From assembly GCA_013239625.1 (NCBI GenBank), contig MU056116.1:124001-188000 (forward strand): a stretch of DNA of 64,000 bases, given 5' to 3'. Of the stretch, positions 11,155-24,660 are shown in pieces. The position numbers were made by a program, and so were the translations under genes. Numbering within the stretch: position 1 is the stretch's first letter; every line of letters begins with the position of its first letter. The DNA comes from Lama guanicoe. Taxonomy: Eukaryota. The notes under the pieces were generated by a model. The model was not told the origin of the DNA, did no database searches, and saw only the letters and a list, made by a program, of their open reading frames with translations.

Positions 11155-13380
11155 AGAAAACAGTTTTCAAGTTCTCCCCACTTTCTGTATGGAAAAGTTT
11201 CAAACTTACAGCAAAGCTGGAAGATAAATCTGCACATTGATTCACAATTAACATTTTGCCCCCTCTGTTCTCTCTCTGGATGTGTGAATATATACAGACA
11301 TATTATATTGCATATATTATATATCTGTGTATGCGCATACGTGCGTGTATCTGTATCAACATCTCCAGTCCCCCTTGAACCATTTGATACTTGGAAGTTG
11401 CAGGTACCCTGATGCTTCACTCTGAAATACTAAAAATGAAGACATTGTCTGTTATAACCATTTATACCACGATTGCACCCAAGCGACTTAACTTCAATAT
11501 AATAATATTGGCTAATATTCAATCCATATTCAAATTGCCCCAGTTGTGTCCTTTATAGATTGCTTTAAAATCCAGGGTTTGAAGATCATGAGTCGTATTC
11601 AGTTATCACGGCTCTTTTATCTTCCCTAACCTAAAGCTGTCCTTTGATTTTTGTTTATTTGTTTGATTGAGGGATAGTTGATTTGCAATGTGTTAGTTTC
11701 TGGTGCACAGCACAGTGATTCAGTTATACACATACATTCCTTTTAATATTCTTTATCATTATAGGTTATTACAAGATATTGAGTATAGTTCCCTGTGCTG
11801 TACAGTAGGACCTCGTTGTTTATATTATATATGTAGTTCGTGTCTGCAAATTCCAAACTCCCAGTTTATCCCTCCCCAACCCTTTCCTCCCAGTAGCCGT
11901 AAATTTGTTTTCTATGTCTGTGAGTCTGTTTCTGTTTAGTGAATAAGTTCATTTGTGTCGTTTTTTTCTTTAGACTCTGCATGGCCATTGTTTTCTTGTG
12001 TTTCAACACTAATATTTTCGAAGAGCTCAGGCCAAGTTCTTTTCTTTTTTTCCCCAGTGTCCCGTAATTTGGGACATTGTTTTCTCATGATAGATTTGAG
12101 GATGGACATTTTCAGCAGAGTACCACATGGATGATGCGTGCGGACCAGCGCAGCCCATTGGGAGACACACATGACAAACGTGAGTTTGTCCCATTACTGG
12201 TGACGCTAAGTTACCATTTTAAAATACACACGATCCTTTAGTAAGTCATCTGTGAAGGGACGTTTTGAGATGAAGTGAATATCCTGCCTGACGGTTTCAG
12301 CATCAGTTTTAATCCTCATTTGAACAAGTTATTACATCAGTGGCCGCAAAATGGTAATTCTTTTAGTTCTATTGTTTCTTCTCTATTAATTAGCTGACGT
12401 CACTCATCAAAGAAGATTTGGAAAACTCAGGTGGGGGCGGGGAAGTGCTTTACATCATAAACAACTACAGAATGAGATTGTATTTTAGTTAGTTCAAATT
12501 TTTGAATAGGTAATACATTCATACGATTGAAAGACCTGTCTTGTTTCTTATGTATCATTCCAGAATTTTTGTGCATGTAAAAGAAAAAATAAATATAAAT
12601 GCAATTTCTGAAAAAAAAGAGAAAGAAAAGATTTTTCCCCTCACCACTTCTCTAAAGTATTATTTTGGACTCATGAATGCTTTTCTAAAAGATTCAATGG
12701 TTATAATAAAAATTTTTTACACCCAAATCATTCCAATTTGTACAGTGAGAAGCTCTGCAAGCCAGCTGTCTCCACAGCCTCCCATTAGTCTTTGGATACT
12801 TCCTTCTTTCTGATGCTGTGAGACACTCCAGACAGACCCTGTACTTTCCCTGCTCGAGGCCTGGAGCCAGGCCTTTTTCCCTTTGCTGGAGAAAGGCACT
12901 TAGAAACCAAGGTCTGGGGACGAGGTGTGCTCACTGCAGCTGTGTCCATTGTTTCTGTATCTCTTCAGTGGAAAGAATTCAAAATTTGTCTTTTAAAAAA
13001 ATCATGTGTCTGTGCCGATGATGCCCTTACCTCTGATGTCAGAGGGTTTGTCCTCAGACTCCCACAGCTCATATAGTTCAGCTTCCATCACGGCAAGAAA
13101 CCCTGTTTCAAGATTCCTGGTTTCCAACATGTATCTATTGACTCATTTCCCAAGTCCTAGAAAACACACAAAATAGTTTTGTAACTACTACACCAATATC
13201 ATTACTGAAAACACACCTGTTAAGTGTGTTCCAACTTGGTTTTTGGTGATTCTTTAGTCCTTAACATGGAGGGTGCACAGTCAGAGTCACTTTTCAAAAG
13301 TTACCAGACTGCACTGTTCTTTTTCTATATGGTTATGACATCAATTTGATATGTAGTTGGATTCATCTGTTTCTGCCAAG
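11155..13380 (-). mobile_element. Degenerate old L1M fragments
   Basis: tatggaaaagtttcaaacttacagcaaag, atccatattcaaattgcccc, ccattactggtgacgctaag; AT-rich. Confidence 0.55.
11645..11972 (-). mobile_element. Younger L1 3' end nested in old L1
   Basis: tagtttctggtgcacagcacagtgattcagttata...tagttccctgtgctgtacagtagga...tctatgtctgtgagtctgtttctgttt. Confidence 0.88.
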
Positions 13381-15276
13381 AAAAACAGAGGACACTCCCT
13401 TTATATAAACCATGAATATAGCACCATGACAATGAAAAACATTACTCAGGAAATTAAAATGCAAATTTTTATTTCAATTAAACAGAAGGTATTCCTCAGG
13501 AGATGTGGTAACATAAGGTTGACTGGACTTAGAGGATGTGTGTGCTTTGTGTTTCCGTCACTGTTCGTTTGAGCTCCCTTCGGAGATGTAGGGAGACTTC
13601 TTAAATGGTCACACACAGTAAACAAAAGCAAAGATGAATTTGAAATGCAGGAGTGGGTCCTAAAAGACTATCATGGACCAACCAAGAGAGGAGAAATCCT
13701 GCCTGCTGAAGGAATACACAAGTACCTCGTGCTCTCAGTGGATGTAAAATAAAATAAAATAAAATAAACCCCATTATGTGGGGGATGTTAAGCCTTGCCA
13801 GACACTTTTGTGACTGGTAAATAGAGTAGAAGTAACTGGCAAGATAGGGTCCCAGTAGGAATGGTCTCCATGAAGCGGCAAGGGTTTTGGCCACTTTCCA
13901 CCGAGCTAATAAATCATCGCACCATTTCTTCTGGACACACTGCTGCCATTTGATTTACAAACTGTTCCGACCAAAATTTGGCAGCTCAGTGGCTACTTTA
14001 CATCTTCATTTTCCCAAAGTGTAATGCATAATATTAATTCAAATTTCAATTCTCATGTGACTCACAAATTCCATGATTTTTGAACTTTGTGATCCGAGTA
14101 CTGCTGACCTCCCCAAGGAGTGGCTGGGCGTACAACCGACTGGCAATAGAATTAAAATGTCAGATGTGAGTGAAATGTGCTTTTCTGCCTTAGTAAACAA
14201 CGGAAGGCGTGCACACTGTGACTTCAGATGCATTCCCCTGTGCTGCTGCTTCACGGTGCCTAGCAGGGCCTCCATTCGCCGTCCCGGGTTTCCCTGGAAA
14301 CCATTGATAAGATTTCAAAACACTTCAAAACAATACAACCCTTCTCTGGAGATGTCTCCTTGGTTGCCTAGGAAATCTGTCTCCTATTTTGGCTTGGGCG
14401 TGGGAGGGCTGGAGGGTCTTACGCCAGGAGCAAAACGGTGTTTGAGAATCCTTGGAAGGAGGGTCAGCCCCGAGCGTGAGGGTCCTCAGGTGTCCGCCCC
14501 TCCGCCCACGCCCACTGAACTCGGTCCAGCGCCCTCCTGTGGGGGCCCCTCCCCCCGGCTGCCGGGGCTGTGAGAGCTCTCTTTTCCTCGCAGCTGCTGG
14601 CACCGCTGAAGACGTAAACGTTTGAAAAAACGTGTAGGCAATGCAGTGTGCAGTGTCGGGGGCCCCTCTTCTTGGTTTCTTGCTGTTATCAAGATAATTA
14701 ATAGAAACCAAGCCTGCAAGACCAGGTCCCACTCTCTGCTTGTGCTCCAGCCCAGAAGCTGTGGTGTGAGAAACGGTCTAGGGTGACAGACAGGGCGTGG
14801 TTGAGGCTACAGGGTGGAGGCGAGCGGCTGCCCGGAGAGGGGAGACATCGCTCAGTCTCTCCCTCTGCCTTCCAGCCAGGGGTTCAGTCCCTGCCCCCAC
14901 CTTCCCAGGGAGCAGAGGCGGTGCAGCACCAGGTCAAGTCAGCCTCTTCCCCTGGACTGGTCAGAAGGTGCCTGGGAGCTTCAGGGGGCGCGTGTACCCG
15001 GGGGAAGGGGCAAGGGAGAAGGTGGAGGAAGCTGCGTGGAGACCGGCCTGGCTGTGTGCATCCAGGAGTGGGCACGCCTGGGCAGGGGGCCAGGGCGGGC
15101 TGAGACCTGGGCTAGAGGAGGTGGGAGGCTCCCGGGGAGGGGAGGGAGGACGAGCTGAGGAGGGCGCTCCCACGATAAGCCCAGAAGGAATGTTCCAGAA
15201 GCAGCCGGAGGTATCACAGGATCAAGAGCTTCCTCACAAACACAGAAGTCCATTTTTTAGAGAAAGCACAATGATT

Positions 15277-15458
15277 AAAACTGATAAACCACAAGGCCCT
15301 GCTGTACAGAACAGGGAAATGCATTCAATACCTTGGAACAGCCTACACTGAGAAAGAATATCAAAAGGAATATATATACGTGTAACTGAATCACTCTGCT
15401 GTTCACCAGAAGTTAACATAACGTTGTAAATTGATCACATTGAAATTTAAAAAAAAAA
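15277..15458 (+). mobile_element. Short L1 3' end
   Basis: ctgctgtacagaacaggga...gtaactgaatcactctgctgttcaccagaagttaac...poly-A. Confidence 0.8.
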
Positions 15459-16120
15459 GAGCTTGGATTTCTAACAGGAAAAAAAACCCCAAAACAAATT
15501 GTGTCACTCAGGCTCAATTTGACTAATGAGTTTGACTCCGAGTGAGGCCTGATTGCCGGCTACCCCAGCCCTCTCCGTGTGGGGGCGCCCAGCCCCCTCC
15601 CCGTGCCCGGGGGAGGGGGATGGAGGAGGCCGTGGGAGCCTGGCTGCCCCAGGCACACAGGATGGCCTGGACACGGCCGAGGCCAAGGGAGACGGGCGGC
15701 TGGGGAGGCGCGGCGGGGTGGGTAAGGGAGGCTGCGGAGGCGTCCCGTGGGAGGTGGATCTGCGTGAAGACTGAGGTGCTGTGTACTGCTTCTCACCCTT
15801 GAGAAGGAAGGAGGCTTGGTAAGTCTCACCGCCCGAGATGAAAGCGCGCACGTAGCCACGGGGTTTCTTCCCCTGCCCGTCCTCCTGGCTTCTGCCGTCA
15901 GAGGCTAATCGCCACCCGGAAGCCTGGGTCCACCCTCTCCTGCTCTCCTTTCTGTGCAGTTGTCAGGCTGCCGGGTAACGATGACAAGGTCATTGCTCCC
16001 ATCACCTGGAACGAGGCTGTTCCCACGTCTGAGCTAAGGTCCCCCGGGCAGTAACAAACATTCTTGTACAAGTTTCCTGTTGTACTTGAGCACCGTCTCC
16101 TGGGCTTGTCTCTCTTTTCT

Positions 16121-16208
16121 TCTTCTTTTTTTAAAAAAAATTTATTTTATTGAAGTATAGTCAGTTTACAATGTTGTGTTAATTTCTGGAGTACAGATAG
16201 TGATTCCG

Positions 16209-16268
<60 letters not shown>

Positions 16269-16282
16269 TCTTTTTCATATTC
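16121..16282 (-). mobile_element. Short L1 3' end with 12-bp TSD
   Basis: ttttattgaagtatagtcagtttacaatgttgtgttaatttctgg. TSD TCTCTCTTTTCT at 16109-16120 and 16283-16294. Confidence 0.85.
16213..16268. repeat. Compound microsatellite (AC)18(AT)10
   Basis: Directly visible. Confidence 0.95.
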
Positions 16283-17300
16283 TCTCTCTTTTCTGGATTA
16301 CTTTATCCAGAACTATTTTCAATGCACACACGTCTGTCTTCCTCAGGAAATGCAACAACAGCATGTCCCTGTTTCTACCGTCCTAACTGCCGTCATGTAA
16401 AATGGTCGCCAAGCATCGGCGTGGTCCTTTACCTGCCAGCTTTCGTATTGCACAACTCGCGGCTGATGCAAACAATCCCACCATGGGTATACTGATGCCG
16501 TAACTTCCTTTGAATTCAGATTCGCATTCCCTTTCCCTTGATACCATCACAGATCACTGAAAACTGGGGCAAATGAAGCAAATGGCTCAACATGGACCTT
16601 GGGCTTCCTCCGAGCACGGCAGCCTCGGAGTCATAGGACCCCTCCCATGGTGGTCAGGACTTCAAGCCCAAGGAAATGGCGGGAAGTCCATGGGCTCTTC
16701 TGTCCTGGCTTCAGACATCGCCAGCATCGCTTTGCCATACCCTGCTGGTTGAGGCCATCAGTCCTTGTAGCTTCAAAGGGAGGGTGCAGAGAAGGCACAT
16801 CTGGGTGGGAAGACTAGCTAAGTGAAATTTTCCAGCTATAGACAGCAAGGTGAGGAACCCAGTCTGAAAGAAAGGGCAGCTCTCCCCTTCTGAGAGTCCC
16901 AGGAGAGAGCACAGTGGGATGGAGGTGGGGGTGGTGGGAGCCCAGCCCAGAACCACAAAGACTTGGCACCATGGCTACACTCTCCCCGAACTCGAGACCT
17001 GGGAGGCTCTGCAGCATCCTGAATCTGGCCACCCTGAGAAGAGCCGACTGTCCCGACTCCTCACTGCTAAGTGGTCCACGGCTCGTGCTCTCTCTCCCAG
17101 TGTCCTCATTAACTGTCCTCCAGCTTGGCGGCTCCTCCCTGAGTAAGATAAATAAGTTGAGACTTAACTGGAATAAATTTATTCTAATGCTAAAGAAGAG
17201 GATCTTTGATAATTATAGTAAAAGTGGGTTTGGGGTCCATTGGCTTTTTGGCTGGAGAGAAGGCTATGGGGTCAGGAACTGGGCAGAAACTCATGGTTTC

Positions 17301-17590
17301 TTTTTTTAAAAAATTATTTATTTTTATTGAAGTATTGTTGATTTACAGTGTTGTGCTAGTTTCAGGTGTACAGCAAGGTAATTCAGTTATATGTATACAT
17401 AAATATATTCTTTTTCAGGTTCTTTTCCATGGCAGGTGATTACAAGGTACTGACTGTAGTTCCCTGTGCTGTACAGTAGGTCCTTGCTGTTTATCCATTC
17501 TATATACAGTAGTGTAGACACGTCAATCCCAAGCCCCCAGTTTATCCCCCCCCCCACATCCCTTTCCCACCGGCAACCTCAGTTTGTGGG
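17301..17590 (-). mobile_element. L1 3' end, probably inserted into a MIR
   Basis: tttattgaagtattgttgatttacagtgttgtgctagtttcaggtgtacagc...tagttccctgtgctgtacagtagg. MIR-like agtttcttcattgtgaaaatggga follows. Confidence 0.85.
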
Positions 17591-18989
17591 ACCTGATAGT
17601 TTCTTCATTGTGAAAATGGGAACCAGCACCTCTGCATCACTATTCTGAAGATAAAATAAACATGCTATGTGAATGACTAGTAACAGAGCCCTGTGTTCTT
17701 CATTTTGCTGGTTTTTCAGGTGTGAGTAGTCTCCCCTCAGGGACCTTTTGAGAGAGGTGGCTGGGACCCAGGGCCCATCAGGGACAAATGCCTAGACAGC
17801 ATTCTGAAGTCTCCGTTCTCCCGCTCTGTGCTCTGGGCCGGTGGAAACACCCCTGCAGCCGTGGGCCTGGCACCCAGCTTGGGCACATTCCTGCACTCCT
17901 CACCACTCCAGCAGGGACTCTGTGCCGGCATTCCCTCAAACCAGTAGATGACAAAAACTGCTTACACCCAATTCCAAAAGATGTTTTGATCAGGACCTGC
18001 AGCTCCGAGGAGCTGCTCAGCGCGGGAAACGGAAGCGCCCACCTGGCAGGTGCTCCACACCCTGCCGGGGAGTACTGGCGGGGCGGCAGCCACAAGTCAC
18101 TTCTCAAGTCCTTCTTTCCTGCTAAGTTCCTTGGGGGATCTTCAACATTTTTCACAAAGATACTTGGATTTCTAAAAAGATTGTTTACATTGTTTTCCTT
18201 TAAAAAAATCTTTTGGAAAAACATTCCTCCGGTAGCAGCACACTGTACCTGTGAGGGTGCTGCCACGCTGCCCGCGTGACCCTTTAGCACGGACGGGGCT
18301 CTCGTGGGCCTGACTAACCCGAGCTCGCCCCAGGATTCAGGCCAATTTGGGCATGTCTCCCTGGCCTGTCTATGTGCCCTTTGGACTGACCCCACCAAGG
18401 TCGGACTGCTGAGAGCCTCTGGGGCTCCCTGGGGGATGGCTCACCCGAAGGGGGTGGAGAACGGAAGGGCACAGGGGCCACAAAGCCTACTCAGGAGGGA
18501 AGGGGCCACTGCGCTTCAGGGTAGCCTCTGTTCCACACACTGTCCCAGGGCCCAGCCCACACAGACTCATCTTGTGTCTTAGGAGGAGGATCTGGAAATT
18601 AAAAAGTGAGGAGGAACAAACAGACTCAATGTTTTACTCAGCTTCTCCTGTTCTTCAGTGTGGACCGTGGTAGGGGAAGGATGCGCAAATGATGGCTTGA
18701 CAGCCTGTCCACGGAGGTTCCGTGGTGGCCTCTGCAGCTGTCTTGTGGCACTGGTGGTCACTGAGGTCACTGACCTGGACCTGCCTGACATACCCACCTG
18801 TGGCCTGGAAAGCGAAGACAGTTCCTAGGAGCTGTGCGTGGCATGATTTCTGCATCAAGCCGTCCACAAGGCTGGAGGAGGAAAGGCACGACAGGAGCGG
18901 GGCAGAAGCAGTCAAGGCCCAGGAAGGAGCCGTGGGAAGGAGTAGGGATGAATCATGGGGGAGTCCTTTGACTTGAAAAACAAGCAACA

Positions 18990-20900
18990 AATAACACGGA
19001 CCGGCTAAAACCGAAAGCTCCCATTTCTCAGCTGTCAAACGGGCAAAGATATTTTTAAATGATCATTCCAGCTAAACCATTAGATGAAAAGCTGATGGGC
19101 TGACAACCGCTGACCCCTCTCATCTATCTTCGTGATGACAAGCGTGGGGCAGCCAGACGTCGTGTGCCTCCTGCAGCCCTGCTCTAGAAAGCTCACAACC
19201 CCACCTGTGAAATATTACTGTCCATACACTGAACCCGAAACCAATCAAGCCTCTAGCTCTAACTGCCCATTCACAGGAAATGTGAAGTTGAGAAGAAATT
19301 TAAAGGATGCCCCAATGAGTCAGCCAGCCAAAGCCAGAAGTGAGGCATTCTGTTGGGCAAATGACCTGGAAAATGATCAGACTTTTTCCAGCAAATAACT
19401 GGTATGGAAAAACCAGAGGAGGAGGTGGAACTCTTATGATTACAAGAGAATTAAGAGTCATATTAGTTGAAAGCAAAGAGTAGAGCAAATGAACTGTAAA
19501 GGCACTTCTGAGACAACCAGGAACAATTGAAGATAGATAGGTTGTTAGGCAATATGAAGACATTAGTGCTAATCTTTTGGGTGTGATAATGATATTGTGT
19601 GTGCATATGTTTAAGCTTTGATCACTTATATTTTAGAGATGAACACCGGAGTATTTATGAGTGAAATGATATGATATCTGAGATTTTTTTTTTAAAAGGC
19701 CCCAGATTAAAAAAAAAAAGTTTTAAAAGGACAAATGAAATGCAAAGAATAGAATTTGGGTAACTGTGGAAATGAGTGGTGGGTCCTGGGAGTTCATCAT
19801 TCTCTTCTCTGTACTTTTATGTTTTTTTGAGATATTATCATATTAAAAGATAAAAAAATAATAGTTCCCTTGGATTGGTAAAGGTGTGGAGGATTTTTTA
19901 TTTCTGATATTGTATTACCCAACTTATCAGTTTCCTTAGGTTTTTATCTTCTATTTCTCTCTTCAGTATGTTCTCAGTTTCCTCAAAATTCTGACCCATA
20001 TTTATAATAACTGCTTTAAAGTCCTTCTCTGCTAATTCCATCATTTCTCCATCATCTACATCATTTCTGGTTTTGTCTCTGGGACTAATTTTTATCCCAG
20101 TGATGTGTTACATTTTCTTACACATTTGTGTGTCTAGCGAATTTTGATTGGATATTGGACATTGTGAATATTCCATTATTGAATGTCCAGGTTTTGTTGT
20201 CTTCTTTTAAATAGCATTGCAGGGATTTGGGGCCGGCAGTTAAGATGAATTGGATTGATCCTTTGAAGTCTTAATTTTTTAATGACAGGTTCAGGGCAGC
20301 TTTTACCCTTGGGCTACTTTTATCTATGACTAATGCATGGCCTTTCTGAGTTCTTTTCTGAATACCTCGTACTTTCAGTGAGTTCTCTCCACTTGACTGG
20401 TTGGAACTATGTGAGTTCTAGAAATTGTTAACCTTAAACAGTCCCAATTTTGTTTTTTTTCCCCCCTGACCTTGGAGAGTTGGTTCTATGCATGCACAGT
20501 GTAATTTTCACCGAAAAACTCAAGGAGACTGAAAGAGATCTCTCAAAGAGCATTTTTTTCTGTGTAGCTCATTCTACTTCAGTACTCTGCTCCACAAGTT
20601 CTGGCCTCCTTGGCCTCTCTGAACTCCAAACGCTGATCTTCAACTCAATGAGACCTCTGTGACCTGCTTGGACTCCCTCTGCCTGTGCTGTGGTCCAGAA
20701 AGTGCCTCCAGCTGGAAATCTGGGTCAATGGTGGCATTCACCCCATTTGTTTTCTTTCTCTCAAAATCCTGCACTGACACAGTGACTTTGATCCAATGTC
20801 TGAAAACTGCTGTTTCCTATATTTTGTTCAGTTTTTTTCATTGTTTATGGTAGGTAGACAAGTTCAGTACTGGTTACACCTTGTGGCTAGAAGCAAGACG
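18990..20900. mobile_element. Old L1M fragments in both orientations
   Basis: AT-rich. + strand: gggtgtgataatgatattgtg, gtatttatgagtgaaatgatatgatatctg. - strand: attttgattggatattggacattgtgaat. Confidence 0.55.
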
Positions 20901-23659
20901 CCAACTTTACCATTTATTTTAAACAAAACAATTTAACCAGTCTAGAAGCTTCTTTGACTAAATGAACCAAGGCAGAAATGAGGTTTAGACAAAAGTGCGA
21001 TCAGTGTTTTATGCCCAGTATGAGGGACACCTAAGGGAAGAAGTCACCTTGACTTATTATTGCTTTGTTATCTTTGCAGGAATAAAAGAAAAGGGGGAAA
21101 AATAAAACAACAATAAGCCAGAATAAGAGAGGGAACCAATTTCTATAGGCCTGAAAGACTTTTAAAGGACTTCAATCCTTAGGGTGAATCACGAAAAAGA
21201 TAACTGGTTAAAAATAACACAAAAACAGAAATATCCTTGCTCTCCCAGCCCCCAACCAACAGTAAGTCCAGAGGACACGGCCTATTTCCCACATACAATA
21301 GTATCTAAATTCTATACATTATAAACTGCATTGATCTCCATGGCATGCACAGAGGGCTTTGAATTTCCATTAACAGTGCTTGAGTGGAGAGGAGTTGGTA
21401 TAAAACCAGTTTTATTAAGAGTGTGAATTCAAAACAAATGAGCCTTTTCAAGAACAGTGAGCAAGGAGGGAGGAGAGGGGCAGCGAAATCCCCATATATT
21501 TTCTCTCCTGGGCCCTCGGGTTGCGGGCAGAGCCAGCTCCTCTCAGTGCCGGGGGAGTGGCCGGCCTGGCGGAGGTCACAGCTGACCTTGCAGGGTGCAA
21601 GCGGGTAACCCAGAATGCGGCTCAGGCCAGGAGGATACCGGCCGCTCGCAGCCACTCAAGTTCATGGGTGAGGTTGGGTCTCCAAGTTTCTGACCTGGCC
21701 TCCCGACTTCTGCTTGTAACACAAAGAATCAAATACTTCCCCCTGTTGGGGGTTCAGGTTGACTTCACAGAGGTCAGTTCTTGTTTTATCTTTCTTCAGT
21801 TAACGCTGGAAATGTATGTATAACTCAGGAAGAAAAGTGGATAATGGGAAGTACCTGTTGCGGTGGGCGGTGAGAGCAGTTAAAGGCCGTATGTTTTCCC
21901 TGGAGGCTAAGAGTCTCCTCAGCCGAGCTCCTGCTGGTCCACGTGTGCGTGGCCCTTCATTTTGATGAAGCTGTGCTATTAAGCCACAGGTAACGGTATT
22001 CAAACCAGATGCCTGCAGGCAATTTTCAGAAACCTACCATACCTTCAGGATCTCTGGATATGAAATGGTTTTATGAAATATGATGGCGGTTTTGTTCCCT
22101 GAAGCAGCTCTAAGCATAATAGAAGATGCTGCTTGAAAGCGACATTAAGAATGGTGAAGGAGCAGCCGGGAGGCCGGCTGAGCTCTCCAAATGAAGGAAA
22201 TTCTTGCTCTGAGACTGGCAATGGCTGACTGTCTGCTTTTGGATATGATCAAACACCCTGCAAAATTAATACTGTGTTCAGTTCCAATTCTGAACTCCGT
22301 AGAGTTGTCAGACCAGACCATCTATGTGAGAATTTGGGGGGTGATACGCCTCCCCCCTCCCCTCTCCTCCCTTCCCCCACAACAAGTGTTTACTGTGCAG
22401 CTGGGGGTGCAGTAGTGAGCAAAATCCAGAGACTCGTAGGGGAGGCAGCCAGCAAAGAAACAATCACATTAAAGATGGTGAAATTACCAAGCAAGACCAG
22501 TTCTCTGGAGGCTAGGGTCAGGAGTCTGACAGAGGAACCTGACCGAGGCTAGGGACGGAATCAGAGGGTCCCTAGGAAGTGCTGAAGAGGATGCTCCCTG
22601 GGGAGGGCAAGAAGGAGATGGTGGGGAGCATCTCCAAGGAGGGGACCCCACGTGTGTCAAGGAGGCATCAGGGAGCTGAGAGCAGCTCCCAGGTGTGATT
22701 TTTCAGGTCTCAAATGTGACCCTTCTGATCATCTCTTCCTCAGAGAGGTCTCGGCTACGATACCGTCTCCTGCAGTCTGACAAGAACGTTATTTTGGTCC
22801 TCCCGGGTCTGTCCAGGTAAGGGAACTCTGGCTGCCTTTTATCCAAGTGACTGGAGCACCTTGGGGAGGGGCTGTGCCAGCCCCCAGACCCCCAGTAATG
22901 TTTGTGGGCTCACTTCAATGGCAGACTTACAGCTCCCTACGTTTTTTTTTAACTGGATATCTCTAATTTTTCATGCAGTTCCCACAGGGACACTTTAAAG
23001 AGTCACAAGCTGTCACAGAAAGCTTCAAAACACTCTAAAGAACCAGACTACATGAAATCCACCTCTTTAAAATATTCTCAGGCTGTGATAAATAGAAAAG
23101 AATATTTATGTTAAAAAAAACACAGATTCAAATTTATCCTTAGGAACTAAATGAAAGGACTGATACTTCCCGAAATTAAAGCTTTTGAATCACCTTACAG
23201 TTATTCCTTTGGGTGTAGAGGAAACAAATCAAAGGTACTTTGGAAGATTTGAAAAATACCATCTTGTGTAGCCAGGAAAGAGAGACTATGATCTGAATTC
23301 ATTCTCAAATAGTATCTCAAAAAGGCTGAGCAAGTCTCAATGAATTTTGACTTTTCTCTTTTGGAAACTAAGAAAATCTTCTTTTTCTTAATCTCTGGGT
23401 ATTTCTGTAAGGATATAATCCATCATTTTTCCCTTATGTATTAAATTTTGATCCAGGAGAATCTACCATGTTTAGGAAAACCACTGAAAGTAGAACAATG
23501 AGTGGAAGCCAGGAAGCATGGAGAGGAGTCTGGAGCTACCCCTGCCGAAATATCTACAAATCACAAACCAGTGTCCACACGCATCGCCTCCTACCCAGAG
23601 GTGGAGACCATTTACATTCCTTTTCTGTCTAGCGTTTTCCCACAAGATTAAAAATTGAG

Positions 23660-23835
23660 CTGGTCCTCACACTTCAGGACAGCTAGGAATCAGACAGGAA
23701 TCTTGGTAAAATGCAGATTCCGTGGACCCCACAGCATCTGACTCAAAAGGCCTAGGAAGGTCTTGGAATCTGCAACTTCAACAGCTTCCTCCTGGCGAGT
23801 CCTGTTTCAGGTGGTCTGTGGAGCACAGTGTAAAA
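23660..23835. mobile_element. MER5-like hAT DNA transposon
   Basis: tggtcctcacactt...taaaatgcagattcc...gaatctgcaacttcaaca...caggtggtctgtggagcaca. Confidence 0.7.
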
Positions 23836-23845
23836 ATCAGGTGAT

Positions 23846-23997
23846 GGGGGAGGTTATAGATCAGTGGTAGTGCCTGCTTAGCACACACGGGGTCCTGGGT
23901 TTAATCCCAGTACTGCCCCTTCAAATAAATAAATACATAAATACATAAATAAGCAAACAAACCTAATTACCACCCCCCAAAAAGAGAAGAAAAATTA
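23846..23997 (+). mobile_element. tRNA-derived SINE (Vic-1-like) with TSD
   Basis: GGGGGAGGTTATAGATCAGTGGTAG...GGTCCTGGGTTTAATCCCAG...(AAAT)n...AAACCTAATTACC. TSD AAAAATCAGG on both sides. Confidence 0.88.
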
Positions 23998-24203
23998 AAA
24001 AATCAGGCAAGTGTTTGTAGCAATTACATTTTAAAAAATGACCTTAAATAGCTGAAGTCTTTCATTTTCTGAAAACTACTAAGCTGGTACCCACTTCACT
24101 TCCTCCCAGAGCTGTGGATAGAAAAACATGTGGGAATCCAAAATAATGATAATATTTAAACCGAGTTCTGTTTTGGTTTGATAGACTTGCAAAATACTGA
24201 AAT

Positions 24204-24345
24204 NNNNNNNNNNNNNNNNNNNNNNNNNNNNNNNNNNNNNNNNNNNNNNNNNNNNNNNNNNNNNNNNNNNNNNNNNNNNNNNNNNNNNNNNNNNNNNNNN
24301 NNNNNNNNNNNNNNNNNNNNNNNNNNNNNNNNNNNNNNNNNNNNN
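24204..24345. other. Assembly gap (142 N)
   Basis: Run of N. Confidence 1.
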
Positions 24346-24660
24346 TACGTACAAAACAGAAACAGACTCCCAGATATAGAGGACAAACTTACGGTTACTG
24401 GGGGTAAAGAGGGTGGGAAGGGATAAATTGGGAGTTCAAGATTTGCAGATACTGACTACTATATATAAAATAGATAAACAACAAGTTTCTACTGTATAGC
24501 ACTCGGAACTATATTCAATATCTTGTAGTAATCTATAATGAAAAAAGAATATGAAAATGAATATATGAATGTATATGTCTGACTGAAACATTATGCTGTA
24601 CACCAGAAATTGACACATTGTAAACTGTCTAGACTTCAATAAAAAAGAGGCAAATTTTTA
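24346..24660 (+). mobile_element. Young L1 3' end abutting the gap
   Basis: acaaaacagaaacagactc...gggataaattgggagttcaagatttgcagatact...caccagaaattgacacattgtaaact...caataaaaaa. Confidence 0.9.

Noticed and set aside
12395-12402. Full CRE palindrome TGACGTCA
   Set aside because: A single 8-mer inside an old L1 relic; about one is expected by chance in 64 kb.
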